In this document: one piece after another, positions 1-13,800 of the stretch
How the letters are laid out: each line of letters opens with the position of its first letter
Numbering within the stretch: the first letter of the stretch is position 1
Assembly: GCF_009914755.1 (NCBI RefSeq)
Contig: NC_060937.1
Length of the DNA: 64,000 bases
From: the human T2T-CHM13v2.0 reference genome, Homo sapiens
Reading direction: 5' to 3' (one strand)
Notes under the pieces: model-generated
The model's database searches: none
What the model saw: the letters and a program-made list of their open reading frames with translations, nothing else
Told to the model about the DNA's origin: nothing
Made by a program: the position numbers and the translations under genes

Positions 1-524
1 TATGAACAAACATAGCAGATGGCTTCTGTTAAAGTGGAACTAACAAAAAAACTTCTTCAAAAATAATGACCATTAAAGGAATGCAATTCAAATACCAAAC
101 CAGTGTGTAGAACTGAAGAAATATTTCATTTAAAACTTAGGTAATTTAAAGAGAAGGTCACTGCTTTGAATTAATTTTTGTTCTGAAAGAGTAAAAGGTG
201 AAACTGGCTCTCAAAAGAAGTAAGCAAACAACATAATCCTGAAGAATTAGGTGAAATAAATAGAAATAATAAGTAAAATAAACAAAAACAGTAGAAAGGC
301 AGATCTCAGAGACAGTGTGTGAATAAGAGACACAGTGTGTGAATAAAAGGAATTCCACAAGAGAGATAAGGATAATTGAGTAATACTTTGCATAAGGATT
401 TTAACTGGTAGCTGAATGGATTAACCAAGTCTCCAGCAAATTTAATAAAAATTAAATGAAAATACATAGATTTGTCCTCTGAAATTCCCAAATATAGAGA
501 AAAATGGGAAAAAAGTATTTCCGA

Positions 525-528
<4 letters not shown>

Positions 529-574
<46 letters not shown>

Positions 575-579
575 CGTGT
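529..579. repeat. (TG)n microsatellite with short (CG) interruption
   Basis: About 19 TG units followed by cgcgcgtgcgtgt, read directly. Confidence 0.97.
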
Positions 580-1000
580 TGGAATGGAAAGAAAAGCAGC
601 CTTCTCTAATCAAGGTAGACATTTGTAATCAAGGACGAGAGAAGGCAGTGGAACAATGTTTGAAGATAAATGTAATAGACTTTTGAGTGATCATACAAAT
701 TAAAGTCTAAAATGTACAGATTCATAGTATATTTTAACAGTTGTTTCTGATCTAAGGATGGTGCTTGTAATATTATGCTGAACAAAAGACAATTGAAAGA
801 GAGTAGACATTCCAGAGAAGAAAAACCAAAAACTTCCTGAAGCGGGAAATAATAGTGAGTACTGATCCTAGATGACTTTCTCTATTAATGAGAATACACA
901 CACACACACACCGGTGCACACACACACATTATTCTTGATACAACATAAGAGAATTCCTTTTAAATAACCTAAAATTAAGCCTTAAAAACTATGATAATAC

Positions 1001-1308
<308 letters not shown>

Positions 1309-1979
1309 CCTATGAGAACACAACCTAGGATTTTATTACAAGTTAGAGTATGGAAAGAAAAAAAAAACATTCTCAACTCTCTGGCCCAGCAACTGCTTCA
1401 TAGAAGATTCCCAATAAATTACAGCTATGAGAAAAGCAATCATAATGGAGCACTTCTGTGTGGCAATGAGAGATATCATCTTCTGGGTAAAGTAAGTGAC
1501 TAAAGTATGTATGAAAGGCAAAAGGACCTCTTTAATTCCTTTTATCTTAGGAGCAGTAGTCTCTGAGGATATAAGCTTGAGGCTTGCCCTTGGGAATGTC
1601 TGACATTTTAGATAATTTTGACAGGGATCTTCAAATTTTATGATGCCCGTATTGTGTAAAATAAAGTTCTAATGCCAACCATTAATGGCAGCAAAAAATA
1701 TATCAATAGGCAATGAGAAATGTAGATTTTTAAAAAATCAATTTCAGTCTGAATATTCAGAAACGTATTTCTATAACCTATAGATAGCTAAATATTACAT
1801 TGACCAAAGACTTGCCTTGTATATACATATACATGTGTATACATATACATAGCTTACAAATCTTACAATTATATATTATATACATACTATGTGTTATATA
1901 ATATAATATATATTATAGTACAATATATAATGTATTATAATATATAATTGTATATATTATACAATATGCTGTAAATACT

Positions 1980-2525
1980 ATATATATTTATATATTATAT
2001 ACACAATATATATTTATATATTATATACACAATATATAATATTTATATATCATATACACAATATATATTTATATATCATATACACAATATATATTTATAT
2101 ATCATATACACAATGTATAATATTTATATATTATATACACAATGTATAATATTTATATATATTATATACTATATATAATATTTATATATTATATATACTA
2201 CATATAAAATTTATATATTATATACACTACATATAAAATTTATATATTATATATACTATATATAAAATTTATATATTATATATACTACATATAAAATTTA
2301 TATATTATATATACTACATATAAAATTTATATATTATATATACTACATATAATATTATATATTATATATACTACATATAATATTTATATATTATATATAC
2401 TACACATAATATTTATATATTATATATACTACACATAATATTTATATATTATATATACTATATGTAATATTTATATATTATATATACTATATGTAATATT
2501 CATCATATATACTATATGTAATATT
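1980..2525. repeat. AT-rich minisatellite, ~29-bp unit (tacatataaaatttatatattatatatac and variants)
   Basis: Period of 29 is clear over about 2170-2500, with shorter related units upstream and sequence variants changing gradually along the array. Confidence 0.88.
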
Positions 2526-4267
2526 TATTATATATTTATAATATACAATTAATATATTATATTATTAATTATTAATTATATATTTATAATTAGTTGTATT
2601 TATAATTATATATTTAAATAATATATAATTTTATAACTTTAGAAATATATAAATATATAAATGTATAAATATATAATTTTATATAAATTTACATAAATAA
2701 ATTTTATATAAAATGTATAAAATTTTATTTTATATAAAATTTTTATATAAATATCTAAATATAAATCTATAAATTTATATATATAAATATCTATAAATAT
2801 ATAAATTTACATAAATATATATAAATATATAAACATATAAATTTATATATAAATATATAAACATATAAATTTATATATAAATATATATTTATTTATATAT
2901 TTATATATATAAATATATATTTATATATAAATATATATTTATATATAAATTTATAAATAAATATATATTTATATATATAAATATATAAAGATATATTTAT
3001 ATATATATTTATATATTTATATATATAAATATATAAAGATATATTTATATATATATTTATATATTTATATATAAATATATCTTTATATATATAAATATAT
3101 AAATATATATTTATATATATATTTATATATTTATATATAAATATATCTTCATATATAAATATATAAAGATATATTTATATATAAATTTATATATAAATAT
3201 ATCTTTATATATATAAATATATAAAGATATATTTATATGTAAATTTATATATAAATATATCTTTATATATATAAATATATAAAGATATATTTATATATAT
3301 ATTTATATATAAATATATCTTTATATATATATATAAAGATATATTTATATATAAATTTATATATAAATATATATTTATATATAAATATATATTTATATAT
3401 AAATATATAAATATATATTTATATATAAATATATATTTATATATAAATATATAAATATATATTTATATATAAATATATATTTATATATAAATATATAAAT
3501 ATATATTTATATATAAAGATATATTTATATATAAATATATATATAAATATATATATAAATATATATTTATATAAATATATATAAAAATATAAATATATAT
3601 TTATATATTTATATAAAAATATATATTTATATATAAATATATATATATTTATATATATTTATATATATATAAATATATATTTATATATATATTTATATAT
3701 AAATATGTATATATTTATTTATAAATATATAAATATATATTTATAAATATATAAATATATATATTTATATATAAATATATATTTATATATAAATATATAT
3801 ATTTATATATAATATATATATTTATATATAATAAATATATATTTATATATATTTATATATAAAATATATAAATATATATTTATGTATAAATATATATTTA
3901 TATATATATATTTATATATAAATATATATTTATACATAAATATATATTTATGTATAAATATATATATAAATATATATTTATACATAAATATATATTTATA
4001 TATTTATATATAAATATATATAAATATATATAAATATATATTTATGTATAAATATATAAATATATATATATATAAATATATATAAAGATATAAATATATA
4101 TTTATATATAAATATATAAATATATATTTATATATAAATATATAAATATATAAATTTATATAATAAAATAATTAGATAATATATAAATAATTATATTTAG
4201 AATTATATATTTATAATTATTAATTATAATACAATTAATTATATTATAATTATTAATATATTATATT

Positions 4268-4459
4268 ATATAATTAATATATTAACATAGAATATATAAT
4301 TAATATATTAACATAGAATATATAATTAATATATTAACATAGAATATATAATTAATATATTAACATAGAATATATAATTAATATATTAACATAGAATATA
4401 TAATTAATATATTAACATAGAATATATAATTAATATATTAACATAGAATATATAATTAA
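4268..4459. repeat. Perfect 26-bp VNTR, 7 copies (atatattaacatagaatatataatta)
   Basis: catag recurs at 4286, 4312, 4338, 4364, 4390, 4416 and 4442. Confidence 0.95.
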
Positions 4460-4789
4460 CATAATGTATTATATATAATATATAAATATATAATACATAT
4501 AATAATTATATATTATATACAATATATAATATATAATTTTATACTATATATTATATAATATACATATTATATATATACAATATATAGTTGTAAGATTTGT
4601 AAGCTATGTATGTGTATATACTTGTATATGCAATCACACATGCTACATGTATACCCATAAATGTAGCTTTTAGATATGATTTATAAATTAAATATAATAT
4701 ATAAAACTATTGAGTTTAAATATATATGTATTTACTTATATGTATTTTTAATTCTATAATAAGGGTTATTCTAAATTTAATTATAAATT

Positions 4790-5040
4790 AAATTTGCTTA
4801 AGGTCACACATGTAGTAAGAGGCAGCATTTGAACCCTTGCGTTTGGCCCCAGAGTCCCTGCTGTTAACCATTGCACTGTAATGCCCCAGTTATAACAATA
4901 AAAATAATATTATACTTTTATTGAGTGCTACTTATGTGTCAAGTACCATTCTAAGGATTTTGAAAGCTTATTTAATTCTCACAACACTCTCATAAAGGAG
5001 GTATTGTGATTATCAACATTTTTCAATTGGGGAAACAGTT
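4790..5040 (-). mobile_element. Two adjacent MIR SINE fragments (a 5' half, then a separate 3' half)
   Basis: ttgcttaaggtcacacatgtagtaagaggcag...ccagagtcc...ttaaccatt and tttattgagtgctacttatgtgtcaagtacc...ctcacaacactc match the reverse complement of the MIR consensus. Confidence 0.75.
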
Positions 5041-7885
5041 GGGGAAATTTTGGTTATTTTTTAAAATTTGTTTTATTTGAGCTTTGAATTTACATCCAGC
5101 TAGACTCATACATATCTCTATTATATGGATCCAGATCAAGATTACTGAGTTAAAGTTCTGAATAATCAAGTTCCAGAATAATTTGGATAATAATTATTCT
5201 TGTTAGATGTGTTACTTTTACAAAATAATATGAGCAAACACACATTATAGGATAAGTAAAATGTATAGAGAAAAGGGTAGAAAATGGAACAGTCTTTTCT
5301 ACGATTCAGAGACAGAGACAGAGATTCAATAGCAAATGATCAAGCCAATATCTCCCAATAAGTACAATTCAGATACATTTTCACTAAAAACGTTCCAGCC
5401 CTATCTTTTTATTCTCGTACCTAGAATTAAGCTAAAGCCTTGAATTACTCCCCAATGGCCACTTTAGAGAAGAGCAGAGGAATCCACTTACATACTAACA
5501 GTCTCTTGAAAAGTCAGGATGTTTAATTAATCGATTTAATCTGTTCTGTGATTCCTTTGAGCCCATTTTGATTAAGGTTGAATGCAAATAAATTATTATG
5601 AAAAGAAGCTCAGTTTGTTAATGCCAAATATATATTCAGTATTATTAGGGGAAAAGTTGAAGCTGTAAATTAAAGGTAGAATTGAAAAATGCACTCAGTG
5701 ACCTTGGAAAACAACACTAAACAATCACTGTGCTTAGTTTCATTGAACAAGAAAACCTGAAATGATTCTCAAGACTGTGCTTTTGGAGACCACTAATTGA
5801 CAGGAGCGGGCCATGAGATTAAACCCATTTGCTGTACTGATTATATTAATGTGTCCTTGATTTGGCACCTTGATTTTTAAATGTGTCACTCATTATTTAC
5901 TTATATACTCAACTATTGATTCATTTTAAATTTCGGAGGTACTGAGAATTAAAAGCAATGCAAAGGTGTTTCTTTTTTTACTAAAGTGGACCATGTAAAA
6001 CAAAATCTCTTAATGTTTTTATCTGCATGGTCTCTTATCCCAAACATGTTTTACCCCATTGCAGCATGCCAAAATCCAACCACTCATTCAAAACTCTCTT
6101 TTATAGTAGATTTTCTTTTAGAGTCCTCCTCTTTTCTATCACAGTGGTAGTGCCCGACTTTAGAGCTAAAACAAACTTACTCTACTTACTCTTCGATAAT
6201 GTAGTTATATTTCATTATGCAATATCATTTATATGTCTTTATGTATTTATTTACTTATTTATTTGAGAGACCCTATAAATATACATAGGAAGGTTAGACA
6301 TCAGGTTTTGAGAAAATATTTCATAAATAATTTACATTTTTAGATATTGACTTATCTTTATCATGGTGCCTTTCAAAAGTAAGATGTTTATTAATATTGA
6401 CTGAATGGTATAGAAACTCTTTGAAAAGAGTAAGTTTCTCCTATTGACCCACTATGTAGTTGGACTCTGTTCAGTGAAAATGTCTTCAACAATTCCTACC
6501 TAATGAACCCAGATAATGAAGAAAATTTAAGATTCAAGAGAGTTCAAGTCAAATACTCATAATTTGTGGCAGCAACAATAACCTTGGTATTATAATGATT
6601 CTATAGATAATGTTACAACATAGCAAAATTCAGCCAAAAATATTACTTGAGATAGTTACTGAAATTTAGTAATTAGAAGAGCATCTGATCAGTTCTGCAA
6701 ATAACTGTCATTAAAAATACTTTCATATCAAAGTTAGTAATTAAAGTATTACTGAGATATATGCATTAATTGCTTTGTGAATATATTCTCTCATTTTCTT
6801 TGTTCAGCTGTATGTCTATGCTTTGGTTTCTGATAAATATCCACATTTTAAATAAGATGACTGTGCCTATGAAAATTTTACATTATATTTTATTCTATGT
6901 ATATGTAAAATATTAAAAGCAAAAGCGAAATTGGTTAAAAATAATAAAGTCTTCATAACTGTTACCTTCCCTATAAATATAACACTTTTGATACACCAAT
7001 AAAATTGCACTGCACATATTATTATAGACATTACTTACTTTTTCAGTAAAAGCATATATAGTTCTCTGCTTTCTGAATCAGTTTCATCCCACCAGACCCC
7101 ATTACACACTGCAACAGACCTAAGGATAAAGGGCTAAAAAATTTGTATTAATTTGGAAAAAAATATATATCCACAAGGGGACAGAATAAGTGAGGTTTCT
7201 GTAGTTTTGAATATGTTTTCTTATTGAATTTGCACCTGCTTAAAACTCTGCCAAATTATGGTACACGGGCCAGTTCTATTTTCCATTTTCTTTGTAAATT
7301 AAAAGTAAAATAAATGCTCAGTTGAGCCTAGACAACAGATGGTCTGCAATAGGTATAAACATATTGTACCATATGTCTGAATGGCACTTTCAGGAAGTAC
7401 TTGGCACTGCTAAAATATTTCACTTGCAATACCTATGAATACACATATAGTACTTCAATTAAACATAAAGTGACTGATTTACTCCCTACCATTTGTGAGA
7501 TGTATAGCTTGGAAATAGACTGTGTACTCCATCAGGAAAACAGCTAAGTTTCACTGAAGGACCCCTGATGAGATAGAGATAAGCCAATATACAGAGATAA
7601 GTGTGTGGAAAATTTTGTCCTTGGATAGACCATAAATAAATATACACAAATGAAGCTCGCTGTGGTTTCCAGACTGTCTCTGGGGTAGCTAGATGTCTTG
7701 AGAAGAAATCTTATTGTACCTGAAGCTCTTTATACTTTTCTCTACTGTGACTGTCCTCCTTTCTATCCCATTCCCAGACACTTTCTATTCCTCATTGAAA
7801 AATGGAAAAATAAGGACACTTTATAATTCACAATTTAAACACTTTAATGAGCAAAAATCCTTGAATTTTAGAAATATTATCTTGT

Positions 7886-8196
<311 letters not shown>

Positions 8197-10109
8197 TCAT
8201 ATTACAGCAGCCTATAATTGGTCTAGGTTTTTAACTTTGTATCTAGCAAGACACAGGTGCTGTGCATGTACTTGTTCAGATTCATATAGCTCACCTATAT
8301 GTGAGTGCTTAATTTTGTTCTTTTAGAGGATAAATGGATGTGTAGATATGGGTTTCTTCATTTTTTTGTACTTTTCCCCTCAATGAGCTTAAACCAATTA
8401 ACTAGCTTCAGATGTCACTTCTATGCAATTATCACACATCTAAGCTGCAGATTGAATCTCCAACTAACAGGTAAAATTTATGCATGATTGTTGCTTCAGC
8501 ACACCTTACTAAACCAATGAAAGAACACCATTCATTTTACTACCATGGGAGCCCCTATCAGACTTATTCCAATTTAGGCTTCCATGGAATAGATTCTGGA
8601 TTCAGTATGTGCACAAATCATGAGTAAAACTTCCATCATCTTTGTCACTTAACCTTTTTTCCAACTGTCCCATTCAATTGATGGCTATTTCTTCTGATTT
8701 TTTTTGATTGGCTCTTTAATATTCATATATTTTGTACTCCCACGATCCTAATTTAGGGTATTACCATCTCTTTCTACTCTGGAATACTGAAATAACTAAA
8801 TAACTTCCTTAACATTTAGTGATGTTTTTTACATTCTATTGTTTTTGATAATTTAAATTGTTTCAAAATGGTATAAATATAACATATTTAGTATGATTTC
8901 AAATATAAGAAAATGTACAGTGAATCGTTATTGTTTATTTTTTCAGGCATTTTAATCGTACTTGGTAGAACTAAATAAAATCAAATTACAACTATGTATT
9001 ATGTAACTACCTTAATTCAATTATGATTACATTGTAGATATTTTTACACTATATAATATGTTTGGAGTACCAGGTGCACACTCTTTAGTGTCAAAAATAT
9101 TGAACATATATTAATACAGCACTAATTTCTTTTTTTATATAAAAGTGCTTGATCAGTGGAGCTTCTGGCCATTGCTGAAGAAATCCTATTAGACCACTCA
9201 TTCTACAGTTAAAACCTATACATTCCTGTAAACAAAAAGGTATCTAAATGTACAAAAAAACCCCAAAAGCACTTAGATATTGGTAAATGGAAGAAAAGAT
9301 GGAATTAAGCAGTATTACTTCCAAATGTATTTCTTAAAGTTTGATCCCAGATGAGATTCTGTCTCATCAGAGACAGAATAACGCTAAGAACCCACAAGCT
9401 TAAACTCTTAAAGAAACAGAAGACAGAGTTTGCTCTGCCAGAGTCACTGAAAGTGAGAGGAAAAAAATTCTTGGATAGAAGAGCACTCAAAAGGAAAAGA
9501 ACCAGATCTGTTTGTAAACTTTGCCAGAGTTTGTGACCAATCCCTAGATTTTGAAGTATTGTGGTATACCTCAACCTCAGCACCATAGGTAAGGCCAAAA
9601 GGAATGAACTGATATGTGAGCTTTTGTCAACACAGCAGAGATAAATCTGCATCTCGGGCAAATTGAGTGTTTGTTTAACAACAAAATCAATATTTATAGA
9701 AAGTACATACATGCCAGAACCCAGAGATTCCATCAAATATCAATCCCTCATTATGTCCAAGATAGAAGTTAAAATTAGTCAGCAACTGAAGACAAAGGAA
9801 AATATGACTATCCAGAAAATAAGAAAATCAATAAAGACAGAATTTAGATGACCCAGTCAGAAAATTACAGCACAGTAATAGAAATTTTACAAAGAATCCA
9901 ACTGCAATTTTGGAATTGAAAACATACAATATGTGGAAGGAAAAAAGCAAGAATTCTTCGCTGAATGAATGCAATAAGAATGGAGATAACAGAACAGAGT
10001 TTCAGTGAATTTAGCATAAGATCAATAGAAATAATTTTTTCTGAAAAAAGGAGAGGAAAAATATTTTGAAAAGCTAAGTAAATTCTTCTGAAGAAAACAC
10101 AAGACAATA

Positions 10110-10524
10110 TATTATGGACTGATTTTTTTCTTCTCAAAATTTGTATATTGAATCCCTGATCCCCAATGTAGCTGTAATTGGGAATAGGGGCTTTAAGAAA
10201 GCAATTAAGGTTAAATGACGTCAAAAGGGTAGAGACCTAATCCGTTAGGACTGGTGTCCTTACAAGAAGAGGAGGAATTAGCAGATCTCTTTCTCTCTGT
10301 CTGTCTCTCTCTCCTTCGCTGCACACACAGAGGAAAGGCCATGTGAGTACACCATTAGAAGAGGTATGTGCCCAAGAGAGGAAGAAGGTGCTGCACCGGA
10401 AATCAACTCTTCTGATTCCTTGACCCTGAACTTCCAGCCTCCAGAACCATGTGAAAATAAAATTCTGTTATTTAAACCACGCAGTCTGTGTTTTCAATTA
10501 TGTCAGCCCAGTCAGACTAGTAAA
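10110..10524 (+). mobile_element. MaLR solo LTR, MLT1B-like
   Basis: tattatggactga...ttaaggttaaatgacgtc...ggactggtgtccttacaagaagagga...acttccagcctccagaaccatgtgaaaataaaattctg. Confidence 0.85.
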
Positions 10525-10530
10525 GAATGT

Positions 10531-10808
10531 AATTTTTTATTTCAGTAGTTTTTGGGGTACAGGTGGTTTTTGTTACATGGACAAGTTCTTAAGGGGTGAT
10601 TTCTGAGATTTTTGGCACCTGTCACCTGAGCAGTGTACACTGTACTCAATATGTAGTGTTTTATCCCTCACCTCCTCCTACCCTTCCCCCTGAGTCTCCA
10701 AAGTCCGTTATATCATTCTTATGCCTTTACGTACTCATAGCTTAGCTCCCACTTAAGAGAACATATGATATTTTGCTTTCCATTCCTGAGTTGCTTCATA
10801 TAGAATAC
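10531..10808 (-). mobile_element. L1PB-type 3' end, 5'-truncated
   Basis: ttttggggtacaggtggtttttgttacatgg...gtgatttctgagattt...ctccaaagtccgttatatcattcttatgcc...catagcttagctcccactt matches the L1PB 3'UTR in antisense. Confidence 0.82.
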
Positions 10809-13800
10809 TTTTATTTAAAAGTTTAGCAGATAAACAATTAGAAACCAAGAGTTTGAGGATAAAATGTGTCAGTAAAACTATCTGAAGACATAATGTCAGA
10901 AATTTCCTCGAGATGAAAGCAAGAATTCACTGATTGAAGAAGCTCAGCAAAGCCAAGCATAACTAAAAAAGAGGGCACCTCGTTATCACACTGCCAAAAC
11001 CAACAATAAAAAAAAATCATCAAAGCAACCAGAAAAGAATAACATCACATATAGGGAAACAGATATCAAGATGACCAGCTTCTCATCATCTTAAAATATG
11101 GAGACTGAACAACAGTAAAACAATATGTTCAAACTGTTGACTAGAAAAAACAAAAACTTGCCAACCAACAGTTCTACATTTAGCAAAAAAATTATTCAAG
11201 ACCAAAGTGAATAAACACATTTTTGTATTTGTAAGTAAATGAATACTAAAATAATTCATCTTCAGCATACCTGTACTATAGGAAATGCTAAAGGAAGCTT
11301 TTCAGTATGATTTGAAATAAATCCAATGGAAGCACATAACTTCAGGGAAAAAAAAACATCAACAGGAAAAGCAACATTAAAGAAAAATGTGAATAAAGAG
11401 ACTAATATACGTATATTATATATATTTTATAATATAAAAACATTTAAATGCAAAACATAATTTTGCAGTGTAGAAATTATTAAATAGATTTAATACATAT
11501 GAAAACAAAATGATTAGGGAGGAAGAAATTGGACCTATAGTTTTGTAATTTTTCTACTTTTTTTATGTTGTGAACAATGTTATCTTCAAATTGACTCTGA
11601 AAATGTACTTGGGTATAGTGTAATCCTTAGAGAAAACTAATGCAAATAAATATAGCTAAAAACCCATCAACAAATTAAGATTCTAAGAAGCATTCAATTA
11701 ACGGAAGTCAGAAGAGTAGCAAAAGGAATAAAATATATAGGAACAAAGAAATCTAAAATATAACTTGGTAGGTAGACATATATTCCAATATAATAACAAA
11801 TATATGAAATGTTAATAAACTAAGAGCTCCAAATGAAAGAGTCAGAAAACAGCAAAATAGAAAGATTAAGCTATATTTTATTTGGAATATATACAATTTA
11901 AATATAAGGAAATAAATAAGTTGAAAGCATATGGATGAAAATTGAAATACTATGCAAATGGTAAACATACAAAAGTCATATTGGTTACATTCATATTAGA
12001 TTAAGTAGGATTTAAACAGGGTGTTATAAAAGATAAAGAAAGTTTATTATATTAGAAGTGGGAAAGACTCAGGGTCTATTTGATTTTTACACATTCACAA
12101 TTTTTATCTAGTCAAATAACAGGACTTCAGAATTTAAAGAAAAACTGATATTATTGAAAAGAAAGATACACTACAATTTACAGTTGATGATTTCACCAGT
12201 TTTCCTTTAGTAATTAAAACATATAGACACAGAATCAGTAATGATACAGAGGTCATGATCAACGTTCAATCAAATTGACTTACATGACACTTGCAGACAC
12301 AACAGCAAACAACAACAACAACAAATTAAGAGCCTTTGCTGCGCACTGCCAAAGACTCACACCCTGAGTCTTTCCCATTATCTAGACATCAAACAGTTCT
12401 TAATGCACTTTAAACGGTTGAAATAATTAAGAGTATTTTCTTGGGTCACAATCAAATTTAATTTAAAACATATAACAGAAGATACCTAGAAATATTGCAA
12501 ATATTTGAAAAGTAAAAATTAAAAAAAAAGACTATTTTTGAACTTCACTATTGAGAAATTCCACGATAATCTTAAATATAATTAAAAATTTTGGAGAAAT
12601 TAACAAAATATAAAAGTAAGCCTTAAACGTGAATAGCTTATGCCTGATACAGAGGAAAGTATATATAAGACCCAGGTTGTTATTTTTATTATTATTGATA
12701 ATTCAGAAGTCACACAACTCCATGTGATTTTGGCAAAAATACTGGAAGTTTAAAATGCTTGAGGTGTCATACTGACTAAAAAAAGGGAATACATCATTTT
12801 GTTTCCTTTAATTTGCAAAAGCTGCAACTCAGGAGCTAGGTTATGTGGAGAAGCTATATGGCCATGTGCAGTTCCAGAAGCTAATGATCTAGTCCCAAAG
12901 AGCAAAATAACCAAAACTAATCCTTACAAAGTGTTAATCTAACATGTGAAAGACCTCAACAACTTTTCCAACTCAGTATCCACCCTTCAAGCCAATCTAA
13001 ATGATAGATTTATCGATGATTGTGAAAATATTCTTCAGATGCATAACCATAAGGTTGTGTAGAATAAAGAAAGCAGAAAACGTACAATTTAAGTAATTTT
13101 AGACACCAAATAACAAGATTCATAATGAAAGTTGCTTTGTCAGCCCTTGCTAAGCAAAATTTCTTTCAATATAATATAATGAAATAAAATTCACTAAGAA
13201 AGCCTTAACAATCTGATTCTAATTAATAAGAAAGCAGTACAGCTCTTAAGGTTGATGTCAATTTAGTTTTCAGAGCTGATAATTTATTATAATTAATACA
13301 ATTACGTTCATAATTTAATATTGTGACATTAATGTAAGCAAACTTTCTTCTTATGCTGACATTTATCCTTTGCTATTGCAGAAATTAATCATAAATTTAT
13401 TTGCTTCATTTTTAAGTATTCATAATCCCTCTGCAAATATGTCATTCTGTAAATGTAATAAAAGAAAAAAAGGTTTTGGGAATTAATTTAATTTTATTTT
13501 ATTAGACATAATCATGTACAATGTTGTAACTGGCATTTATAAAATAACAACTCAGAAAAAAAGGGAAAATATCAAGACAAGGTTACAAATAACATGAACA
13601 TGAAGATAAACAAATTATATGAACAAACACACATACTTCACACACGCATATGTGTGTAGATGAACTATATTAGTGAAATAGTTTTGTTAGTTTACTACAA
13701 ATTATTTCCCAGATAATTTCAATTTGTATAATCTACAAAAAGTGGGGAAATTTCCCCCAAGTTAGATGTAACTCATAAAATATCCCAATTTTAAAAAGAA

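Larger units (their letters stand above)
1826..4630. repeat. ~2.8-kb AT-rich low-complexity tract bounded by inverted repeats
   Basis: Almost all A/T. 1845-1868 (atacatagcttacaaatcttacaa) is the exact reverse complement of 4588-4611. Confidence 0.93.
9150..12520 (+). mobile_element. Old, heavily decayed L1M LINE (5'UTR/ORF1 to ORF2 endonuclease region), interrupted by MLT1B and an L1PB fragment
   Basis: A-rich strand with ORF1-like relics (gaagacataatgtcagaaatttcc...gattgaagaagctcagcaaagccaagc) and an ORF2-start relic near 11790-11860 (aatgttaataaactaagagctccaaatgaaaga). No open frame; ends approximate. Confidence 0.6.

Noticed and set aside
4268-4459. Regularly spaced 26-bp repeats resembling a CRISPR array
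   Set aside because: The units are head-to-tail with no unique spacers, there are no cas genes, and the context is primate DNA. It is a VNTR.
9305-10224. 143-aa and 119-aa minus-strand ORFs
   Set aside because: They are antisense to a decayed A-rich L1M and MLT1B, and the hydrophobic composition simply reflects T-richness.
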